DNA from: an uncultured Planctomycetota bacterium
GTDB lineage: Bacteria > Planctomycetota > Planctomycetia > Isosphaerales > Isosphaeraceae
Length of the DNA stretch: 64,000 bases
Assembly: GCA_963823665.1 (NCBI GenBank)
Contig: CAWGMQ010000004.1
Span: 2,816,001 to 2,880,000, forward strand
Direction of reading: 5' to 3'
The notes under the pieces are model-generated. The model was not told the origin of the DNA, did no database searches, and was given only the letters and a program-made list of their open reading frames with translations. A program made the translations under genes and the position numbers. Of the stretch, positions 1 to 8,253 are shown piece after piece (positions within the stretch are counted from its first letter, which is position 1; each line of letters begins with the position of its first letter).

Positions 1-335
1 CTGGAATCAGCACGGCCGCGCAAGATGCGACAACTCAGGTCGACGAGCCAGGCGCCGACGTACAAGAGGATCACTCCTAGCGGCGGGCCAACCACGACCG
101 AGATCAACCAGATTACCGGAACGGAGAGCTGGGCGCCCGCGCCGAGCATGGCTTCAAACTGCACCGCCTCCAGGATTCCGCCCAACATCGCGATCGGCAG
201 CACCAGGAAGGAGGGATTCGTGTCGATGATCGAGCGCATCGTGGCCCGAGGGCGCGTCCAGATGGTCAAGAACGGGCTTGCTCGCGACAGGTCGATCTTC
301 GGAGTGTCTTTCACCTTCGTCGAAAATCCTCCCAC
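1..335 (-). CDS. Yip1-family membrane protein (partial, runs off window start)
   Basis: Manual minus-strand translation from GTG at 335: VGGFSTKVKDTPKIDLSRASPFLTIWTRPRATMRSIIDTNPSFLVLPIAMLGG..., a typical Yip1 N-terminus followed by hydrophobic helices. Confidence 0.6.
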   Translation of the reverse strand, partial: MGGFSTKVKDTPKIDLSRASPFLTIWTRPRATMRSIIDTNPSFLVLPIAMLGGILEAVQFEAMLGAGAQLSVPVIWLISVVVGPPLGVILLYVGAWLVDLSCRILRGRADS

Positions 336-469
336 TTGATTCCCGGGCGCCACATCGAGATTCACCGGTGCCCTTGGTTCTTGTCAACCCGCATGTTAGA
401 GTTTCGCGCGGGCGTGAAAGCGACTGTGAAGCCGAGTCCGATCAGCTTCTCGTGACCGAGAGTGGGTAA

Positions 470-1390
470 ATGGTCGACCTATCGCTGACGCTGGGCCGCA
501 TTGCGCTCAGGAACCCGGTGCTGGTCGCCTCGGGGACGTTTGGTTACGTGCGTGAGATGGGGCAGTTCGTCCGGATTGAGCGGCTCGGGGGCGTGATCCC
601 CAAGACTGTGACCTTCAAGCCGCGCGCGGGCAATCCCACGCCGCGCACCGCCGAGACGGCGTCGGGATTGCTGAATGCGATCGGCCTGGACAACGACGGC
701 ATCGAGCACTTCATTGCACACCACCTTCCGTACCTGCGCACGATCGGCACGGCGGTGATCGCCAACATCGCCGGGGAAGACGAAGACCAGTTCGTCGCCA
801 TGGCCGAGATGCTGGGTTCCGAGTCGGGTCTGGCGGCGATCGAGCTGAATATCTCGTGCCCCAACGTGAGCCACGGGCTGGATCTTGGAGTCGAGCCGAG
901 GACCGTCGGTAAGCTGGTGAGCCGCGTTCGAGCGGCGTGCGGACTGCCGATCATCGCCAAGCTTACCCCGAACGTGACCGACATCGTGCCGATTGCCGCG
1001 GCCGCCGCCGAGGCCGGGGCTGATGCGATCAGCCTGATCAACACGATTCGCGGCATGGCCGTGGACTGGCGCAGGCGCCGGCCGATTCTCGCGTATGACG
1101 TAGGAGGGCTCTCCGGGCCGGCCATCAAGCCGATCGCCTTGCGGATGGTCTGGGAGGTGGCCAAGGCGTTACCTGGGCTGCCGATCATCGGAATCGGCGG
1201 CATCGCCACGGCCGACGACGCACTCGAATTCATGGTGGCGGGCGCGTCAGCCATCCAAGTGGGAACGGCCACCTTCTACAACCCCACCGCGTCGGAGCGG
1301 ATGATTGACGACCTGACGAGGCGACTGGACGAAGCGGGCGTGACCGACGTGCGGCAGATCGTTGGGACGCTTCGATCGAATCGGGGATGA
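470..1390 (+). CDS. pyrD: Dihydroorotate dehydrogenase family 1B, catalytic subunit
   Basis: NPVLVASGTFG, LLNAIGLDN, ELNISCPN, IAKLTPN, SLINT, GGLSGPAIKP motifs. Confidence 0.95.
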   Translation: MVDLSLTLGRIALRNPVLVASGTFGYVREMGQFVRIERLGGVIPKTVTFKPRAGNPTPRTAETASGLLNAIGLDNDGIEHFIAHHLPYLRTIGTAVIANIAGEDEDQFVAMAEMLGSESGLAAIELNISCPNVSHGLDLGVEPRTVGKLVSRVRAACGLPIIAKLTPNVTDIVPIAAAAAEAGADAISLINTIRGMAVDWRRRRPILAYDVGGLSGPAIKPIALRMVWEVAKALPGLPIIGIGGIATADDALEFMVAGASAIQVGTATFYNPTASERMIDDLTRRLDEAGVTDVRQIVGTLRSNRG

Positions 1391-1391
1391 A

Positions 1392-2168
1392 TCAAGCCCC
1401 TGGCCGGGTCACCCGGTAGACGGTTCCTTCGATCGAGTGGCCACTGTCCTGGCTGCTCTCTACGAGCTCAGCCTGGCACGAAAGACCTGCCGCTCTCACT
1501 GCGATCGGGAAAGCTTCGGCAGCGACGCGGTAGGGGGTGGCGATCAAACCTACGCCGTCGGGAGCAAGCAGCTTGGCGAGTAGATTGGCCACAAGGGGGA
1601 CGAGGGGTCGCTCGTAAATGACGTCTGCTCCGAGGATACGCGGAAAGTGCTCGCCGGGGAGGTCGCGCCAGTCGAGCCGGCGGACAGCAAAGCGAGTGGG
1701 GTCAAAGCCATTCTCCTTGGTGCTCCGGACGACGAAATCGAGCGGCGCGTGGTCGTAATCCGTGAAAAGTACGTTGTGCCCTTGTGCCAGAGCCACAAGG
1801 CCCGCCAGGCCCAGCCCGCAGCCGATTTCGAGGGTGTCAAATGAAAGAACGGTTCCTGACACCTTTTCTGAAGGAGAAAAGGTTCCTGACACCTTTTTTA
1901 GGAGGGTTTCGGCCAGGAGATAGGCGCCGGGCCAGAGATAGGCCCAGTAGGGCATGTAATCGTCGCGGCGGTTCCAGTCTAGCACGGCTGGATCATCCAG
2001 AAGGCGATCCGGGTCAGCCGGGCGCACGACGCGAATCGCGCGACCGCCGATCTCGATGCTCGTGACCATCACCGGTCCTTGATACGCGGTCTCATCGGGA
2101 TCGCCGGGAGGGAGGCCTTCCGATGCGTTCAAGATGCGCTCCAGATTCATCGAGCCAGGTTCGAACAC
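1392..2168 (-). CDS. Class I SAM-dependent methyltransferase (lysine MTase / Methyltransf_16-like); start uncertain
   Basis: PYWAYLWPG, LEIGCGLGLAG, LFTDY, ILGADVIYE motifs; carries an in-frame repeat insertion. Confidence 0.8.
   Translation of the reverse strand: MFEPGSMNLERILNASEGLPPGDPDETAYQGPVMVTSIEIGGRAIRVVRPADPDRLLDDPAVLDWNRRDDYMPYWAYLWPGAYLLAETLLKKVSGTFSPSEKVSGTVLSFDTLEIGCGLGLAGLVALAQGHNVLFTDYDHAPLDFVVRSTKENGFDPTRFAVRRLDWRDLPGEHFPRILGADVIYERPLVPLVANLLAKLLAPDGVGLIATPYRVAAEAFPIAVRAAGLSCQAELVESSQDSGHSIEGTVYRVTRPGA
1847..1899. repeat. Tandem palindromic REP-like repeat GGTTCCTGACACCTTTT (x2) inside the methyltransferase CDS
   Basis: Copies at 1851-1867 and 1881-1897; AAAAGGT..ACCTTTT arms; reads KVSGT twice on the minus strand. 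Confidence 0.7.
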
Positions 2169-2227
2169 CCGAGAATTGACTGTAGTCGGCGCAAAACAGA
2201 AAGCCAGACTTCACGTGGTCACCCCAG

Positions 2228-2286
2228 TTGACGGGTTCCTGAAGGACAGACTATAATCTTATTGTAATTGAGACTCAATCTCAATT
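2228..2286 (+). promoter_or_regulatory. Sigma70 promoter plus Fur-like operator for the iron uptake locus
   Basis: TTGACG (2228-2233), 18-nt spacer, TATAAT (2252-2257); palindrome AATTGAGACTCAATCTCAATT (2266-2286) with a 7-1-7 TGAGACT-C-AATCTCA core. Confidence 0.7.
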
Positions 2287-2348
2287 GCGATCCGATGTGC
2301 GGACTTTGGGGTTGTGCGTGCATGCGTCTGAAGAAAAAGAGCACGGCG

Positions 2349-4732
2349 ATGGCTCGGAGGCAATATCGGTGCTGTCGGAAGGTTCTGGCGCTTCTGGGCG
2401 TCGCGTTTTTCTGTGTGGGTGCGCGCGAGTCTGAAGGGTCTGATGTATCGGGCGTGATCCGTATGCCGGACATATGTTCGCCGGCTGCGAGCCCGGCGGT
2501 GGTTTATTTGACGCCGGTTGCTCCGAACGGCGCGGGCGTGCGTTCAGAACCGCCGGCGATTCCAGTTGCGGCAAGTGACGCACAAGCTGCTGAACTCGTG
2601 CTCGTGAATCAGCGGGGGCTCCAATTCGTGCCGCGGGTGCAGGCGATCGCGCTGGGACAAACCGTTCGCTTCACGAACCAGGACAGTGAAACGCACAATG
2701 TGCACGTCGTCTCACCCTGGTTCTCGCTGAATCAGGCAATGGCGCCTGGACAGCCTCTGGATTTCAAGCCGACCCATGCGGGTGTGATGAAGCTTGCGTG
2801 CGATATTCATCACCACATGCGCGGATATGTGGTTGTCAGCCCGAGTCCCTGGTTCCGGATCTGTGATCGAGACGGACGGTTTCGACTGGCCGGAGTGCCT
2901 GCGGGGCGTTATCGGCTCACCGTCTGGCATGAGATGGGCGAACCGTTGCGAACCGATATCGTGGTCGGTGATAAGGAAGTTGTGCTAGCGCCGCTGTTAT
3001 TGACATTGCCGGCCGGCATTAGCGGCACGCCGGGCGGGCCCGCGAGCCGAAGCGTCGCGCCGGTGCGGCCCTGGGCCGAGGTTCTCGATCGAATCAGCTT
3101 GAAGCTTGTTGAGAGCCGCGACGCAGCCGTGCATTCCGCGATACGAGGAAGGCGTTGCAGTTGGCCGACGACGCCTACTGGGTCGAGTTTGAGGCATCCG
3201 ACCTCGAAACGGCCGTGCAGAGGTATTTGGGCTTCAGCCGGAAAGGCGAGCTGGAAAGGCAGTTCCGAGCGATCCGAACAGCCGTCCGGCAGGTCGGCGC
3301 GACCAAGCGCCGCGACGCGGCCGAGCTCACGGAACTGTGCGATCGATGGATGGCCAGTCTGGTCGCAGTGACGAAGGAGCTCCATGACAAAGGCGTGACG
3401 GACGGGTCAAAGATCGACGCCGTGAGCGTGGCCGCGCCCGGCTTCGGTGATCCCACGGACCTAGCGCCTGGTGGAGATCCCGAGCACCTTATGCAGGAGC
3501 TGAAGCGCGGTTTTGGGCGAGTTGAGCAGGTCGCCGGCAACGACGGTGCGATGGAGGCGGCCTCGGAGCTAACGACGGTGTACATGACGGATTTCGAGCC
3601 ACTTGAGCGCTATCTTCTGGGTCGCAGGCCGCAGGAGGTTCGTCCGCTCGAGATTGAGTTCAATCAACTCCGCGGCGATGTGTCCGCGGGATTGAAAGGC
3701 GATGCGCTATCGGCCCGCCTCGACCTGCTCTCGGGGGAAGTGGAGCGTCTGGTTACTCACCTCGAATCTCAGCCGGCCGGCCAATTTGGCTCGGCCTTCG
3801 CGGCGTCGTTGATCACGATTGTACGCGAAGGCGTGGAGGTTATCCTGATCGTTGCCATGCTGCTGGCACTGGTCGGCAAGGCGACGAGCGCGGCCTTACT
3901 ACGAGGGTTCGCTGACGGCGGCGGGGCGGCGTTGGCCGAAGGAGCTTCACCTGATCAAGGCGACCTTGCCCGCGCGCTCAACGAGGTGAGGTCGCGTTCG
4001 GTCCGAGCGATCTGGTGGGGGGTTGGAGCGGCCGCCCTGGCGAGCGCCGTCACCGCGGTTGCGCTCAACTTGTTGATCGCAAGCGCAGCTGGCGCGGCCC
4101 GGGAAACGCTTGAGGGAGCCGTGATGTTGGTGGCCGCGGCCGTGCTGTTCTATGTCAGCTACTGGCTCGTTTCACGATTCGAAGCGAAGCGGTGGACAGA
4201 TTTCCTGGCCGAGCGAGCGCGTCGCGGCATTGCGCTGGGGGGGCAGGGCACGCTGGCTCTGACCGCGTTTCTCGCCGTGTATCGCGAAGGGGCCGAGACA
4301 TCCCTTCTGTACCAGGCGCTTCTGGGTAGCGAGGGGCGGACTCGCCTGGGCCTTCTCGGCCTGGCTGCCGGCATTGTCGTGGGCGCAGCCGTTCTGGCGC
4401 TTGTCGCTACGCTCATTCGAGCCACTAGTGTGCGGCTGCCGATTCAGCTCTTCTTCAAGGTTTCGGGCCTATTCCTCTTTGTCCTGGCGATCGTGTTTGC
4501 CGGCAACGGAGTCTTCGAGCTTCAGAATGCAGGCGTCCTGATCACGACGAACCTCACGTGGATGGGCCGGGGCCTGCCGTGGGCCGGCGTTTTCCCCAAT
4601 CTTCAAGTCCTGTCGGTGCAGGGGCTGCTGCTCTTCGGTGCCGTCGCCGCGTGGCTCGTCGTACCAAGGTCGGCGCTGGGACCTGGCGCGAGTAAACCTC
4701 CTGGCATCAAGCTCGCGGCCAAGCGCGGGTGA
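2349..4732 (+). CDS. Cupredoxin-domain / FTR1 iron permease fusion (frameshift near 3138)
   Basis: Signal peptide; HNVH...CDIHHHM type-1 Cu-like site; carboxypeptidase-like beta segment (YRLTVWHE); second frame has FTR1 REGVE and REGAE motifs and multiple TM helices; frames join as AAVHS-DTRKALQLADDAYW. Confidence 0.75.
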
Positions 4733-4757
4733 ACAGAATCAGGTGGGGAGGCTCGCA

Positions 4758-5400
4758 GTGGCCCAGCGGTGGATCGGTCCGAGCGTGGTCGCCGTGATCC
4801 TCGCGAGCGTGGCGGGTGTCCTTGCCTTGAACCTGAACTGGAAGGGCTGGGGCGGGGGGCCCAAGTCGTCGAAGAGCCCGCCGGAGCCTGCTCAAAATAC
4901 CGCCGGTGCCGGCCACCGGCCGCCGGCGGGCTTCCGCGAGTATCCGATCGGCGAAGAAGTCGAGAAGAATCAGATCCGGATCGCCGCCGTCTATCTTCCG
5001 CCGGTCGAAATGGAGGGCATGCCAGGGCCGAGCCTCGCCATCACTGATCCACCTCGAGGCTGATATTCATGCGACGGAAGGCAATCGCAATGGCTTCCCC
5101 AAGGATGAATTCGTGCCCTATTTGATCGTGAAGTACGTGATCGAGCCGATGGACGCCTCCGCGAAAGCCGGATCGGCCGGGCCGATCGGAGGCCGGATGA
5201 TGCCCATGATGGCGCGAGACGGGTTGCATTATGGCGCCAGCATCGAAATGCCCCATGCCGGCCACTACAAGCTCACTTATTCGATTGCGATCGAGCTGGG
5301 CCGGCACGCCGACCGAGCGACCGGCGTCGACCCCTGGTGGAAACCGTTCGAAGTCTCGTTCGACTGGGATTATCCCGGCCCTCCGAAGGCCCAGGATTGA
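4758..5400 (+). CDS. Periplasmic iron-binding protein, p19/Tp34/FtrA family (frameshift near 5035)
   Basis: EYPIGE...IAAVYLPPVEME in frame 1; IHLEADIHA, NGF, VPYL, MMARDGLHYG, WWKPF in frame 2. Confidence 0.85.
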
Positions 5401-5442
5401 CCGCCAGTTCGAATCAATGAGCTGCATTCCGTACAATTGGAA

Positions 5443-5532
5443 TGGAGCGGGCCGTTCGAAGCGGCCCGCTCCCGAGAGTCTCAACTTCGGGTTGTGACTG
5501 GAGCCGGTCCCTGGTATCCGCCGGGGACCGGC
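5443..5532. terminator. Two GC-rich hairpins between convergent genes
   Basis: GGAGCGGGCCG-TTCGAAG-CGGCCCGCTCC and GCCGGTCCCTGG-TATCCG-CCGGGGACCGGC; no clear U-tract. Confidence 0.45.
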
Positions 5533-5569
5533 CCTCCCACTGTCAGTGAACGCTGACGTTGCTGTTGCT

Positions 5570-5776
5570 TCAGCCGCAGCAGCACGTCTTGTTGCAACAA
5601 ACCGGGCTACCGCAGCAGTCTCCACTGCATGAGGAACCGCAGCCGCAGGTATCACCGCAGCAACAAGCCTCGGGTGCCTTCACGACGTTCGACTTCTCGA
5701 CGGCGCTTGCAGCAACGCCCAGAACGGTGGCCAGCGCCAGCGCCCCGACCATGCCCAGTACTCGACGACGATTCAT
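5570..5776 (-). CDS. Small exported Cys-rich, metallothionein-like peptide
   Basis: MNRRRVLG signal peptide with an AxA-like site; 13 Cys in the last 31 residues; GGAG RBS upstream. Confidence 0.75.
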   Translation of the reverse strand: MNRRRVLGMVGALALATVLGVAASAVEKSNVVKAPEACCCGDTCGCGSSCSGDCCGSPVCCNKTCCCG

Positions 5777-6003
5777 GATTTATCTCCCAACTTCACGACC
5801 TGAGAATCGGCCGCACGCACGTTGCGGACGGCGCTCTCCCGCTCCCTGAACAGGGACGGGGAGGACGATCCGGCGCGGGGGGACCGCCTTCCTCGCCCCC
5901 GGCATCGGGGCGAAGCCCGCGCGGCGCGGCACTCAGACCCAGATCGGGCCGACGTACGGACGCCGCACGCACGAGGCTCGGAGACCTCGATGCAGCGGTC
6001 GTT

Positions 6004-6453
6004 TCAAATCAGAAGCCGGGAATTGCGGAGATAGAGAGGAGATTTCCGCGGAGGGCTGATTGTGGGCGGTGCCGGACTGGTAATTGGCCGGGAAACGCTG
6101 GCGATTTCGATCCAACCTGCTGCTGCGTCACGGCCCGGATCGAGACGGCTTTCGTTAGCACGCTGTTCCCTGGGTTCGGGGGCGGTCGGAGCTTGCGGAC
6201 GACAATGACATCCCGGGAGATCCGGACACACATTCCCGTTCTCGAAGGGAACGTCTTGACCGACCGTCGCCGCTGTCGCGATCCGAGTCGGCGTGGCCGA
6301 TTCGGATGCCTTGCAGCAGCACACTGCCCGACATCCTGCGGCGTCCGACATCGACGTACAGGATGCGAATGCATCGCCGCTCATCAGCGACGCACCCACG
6401 AACGCCGCGAGGGCGATCGCTGAGATACGCAGCTTGCTGAAGGCAATCGACAT
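6004..6453 (-). CDS. Secreted Cys-rich protein with Pro-rich C-terminus (candidate metal-responsive leader ORF)
   Basis: Signal peptide (..GDAFA), CRAVCCC and CPDLPGCHC clusters, ends PPTISPPRKSPLYLRNSRLLI; AGGA RBS. Confidence 0.65.
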   Translation of the reverse strand: MSIAFSKLRISAIALAAFVGASLMSGDAFASCTSMSDAAGCRAVCCCKASESATPTRIATAATVGQDVPFENGNVCPDLPGCHCRPQAPTAPEPREQRANESRLDPGRDAAAGWIEIASVSRPITSPAPPTISPPRKSPLYLRNSRLLI

Positions 6454-6651
6454 GGTTCCTGCTCGGAATAGCCTGCGATGTGCTTTCGATACACTCGCAC
6501 AGTTTATCGTAGGCGCTCAGAGCTTCGAGGACAAGCTGAACGTGCCGTTTGCCGCAGATGGAGCGTATGGGTCTTGCAGGATTACCTATTTTTTTGTATA
6601 GTAGTATCCGATTGATATCCTGCTCACAGTTTTTCCAGGAAAGGCGAAGCA

Positions 6652-7209
6652 ATGACGGCGAGATTGGTGCTGGGGTTTCTTTTTATCTTAACGGCCGCAG
6701 CCGGCTCCGCCTGGGGATATGCGGATGACGATCCCTGGAAACCCTATGAGTTTCTGATCGGGCAGTGGACAGGAGATGGCGGTGGTGAACCGGGCAAAGG
6801 GTCGGGAGAATTCTCCTTCGCGTGGGACTTGCAAAAGAAGGTGCTGGTGCGAAAGAACCGCGCCGACTTCCCGGCGGCCGGCGGCCGGCCGGCGTTTTCG
6901 CACGAAGACCTCATGGTCATCTACCAAGGCGAGCCCGGCGGGCCTGGCAAGGCGATTTATTTCGATAGTGAAGGCCACGTCATCAATTACGCGGCGAGCG
7001 TATCTGATGACAAGCGGACGCTGACGTTTCTGAGTGAGGCGGCCGCGGCGGTCCCTCGGTTTCGATTGACCTACACGAAGGAAAAGGAGGACACGGTTCA
7101 CATCAAGTTTGAAATCGCACCGCCTGGAAAACCAGATGAGTTCAAGACCTATGTTGAAGGTGGCGCGCGTCGGAAAGATATGCCGAAGCCAGGGGACGCA
7201 GCAAAGTGA
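6652..7209 (+). CDS. Conserved secreted hypothetical protein (beta-barrel-like)
   Basis: Signal peptide; FLIGQWTG, HEDLMVIY, IYFDSEGHVINY; stop overlaps the next start (GTGA). Confidence 0.7.
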   Translation: MTARLVLGFLFILTAAAGSAWGYADDDPWKPYEFLIGQWTGDGGGEPGKGSGEFSFAWDLQKKVLVRKNRADFPAAGGRPAFSHEDLMVIYQGEPGGPGKAIYFDSEGHVINYAASVSDDKRTLTFLSEAAAAVPRFRLTYTKEKEDTVHIKFEIAPPGKPDEFKTYVEGGARRKDMPKPGDAAK

Positions 7210-7979
7210 ATCACATCATCAGTTCCGACCGTTCTCATTCGCAGAGTGCGCGCGGGCGTGTTCTGCTGCTGGTGGGTGCCGGCCTTCCGGTTCTTGGAAT
7301 CATCGCGTATGCCGTGCAGATCAGCCTCGGACGACTGACGGTGCCCTGGTACGTGCCGGTGCTGGCATCGCTCGGCGTTGGTTTCGTCGTCATCTCGCTC
7401 TGGACGAGACCGACCTTGTGGCGCGTGCTCGCGCTCATCGCGGTGGCGGTTGTCGCGGCCGGGGAGTGGGGCTTGTTGTTCGCGTTCCGACTGCCGCGGT
7501 ATACCGGGCCAATCGTTGCGGAGGGAGCGTTCCCAGGGTTTGAAACGTCGCGCGCCGACGGCACTGTATTCTCGCGGTCTGATCTCGTGGGCGCTCGAAA
7601 CAACGTGCTCGTCTTCTTCCGCGGACGTTGGTGACCGTTTTGCATGATCGAGCTGGTTCAGCTCGAACGGCACCATGCAGACTTCGAGAAACGCAACGCG
7701 CGCGTGCTGGTGGCCTCGATGGAAGAGCTTGACGATGCGCGGAAAACGCAGGCGCAGTTCCCGCATCTGGTTGTGCTGGCGGACCACAGTCGGAAGCTGT
7801 CCGAGGCGGCCGAGCTTGTTCATCCCCACGCTGGGCCTCTTGGCCGGGACATCGATGTTCCCACCACGATTCTGATTGATCGGCAGGGGACTGTGCGCTG
7901 GGTGTATCGTTCGCCGGCGGTTAATGCTCGGCTTTCGCCGGAGGAAGTTCTGCGAGAGATTGACCGGCGCATGCCCTGA
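7206..7979 (+). CDS. Membrane-anchored AhpC/TSA (peroxiredoxin-like, thioredoxin-fold) selenoprotein with UxxC
   Basis: ORFs 7206-7634 and 7644-7979 are in one frame; the junction reads VLVFFRGRW-TGA-PFC, matching FxRGxWCPxC; three N-terminal TM helices; PTTILIDRQGTVRW. Confidence 0.85.
7632..7670 (+). promoter_or_regulatory. Putative bacterial SECIS element
   Basis: TGA at 7632-7634, then a perfect 8-bp stem TCGAGCTG (7648-7655) / CAGCTCGA (7659-7666) with a GTT loop, and a lower CCGT/ACGG pairing. Confidence 0.75.
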
Positions 7980-8253
7980 GCGTGCGGATCGCTTCGAGGC
8001 CGGATTCGCTCAGTCGTGGTCTCCTTCATTTGACCGGGCGGTCCGCGTCATCCCGGGAATTCACGAAGGCCGACTAAGTGGCGTTTCGCGATTCCGGGAT
8101 GGCGATTTGCCCGGGCATGGAGCACTGGCCACTTGCGAAGCCGGTGCCACCCACCGGCAACGTCGGCGGACGGCACACGGAGGGTGGCTGCTACACCGGA
8201 GCACTGGCGAAGCCAGCGCCACCCACCTGAGTCGCGTGATTGTGCAATGCTAT

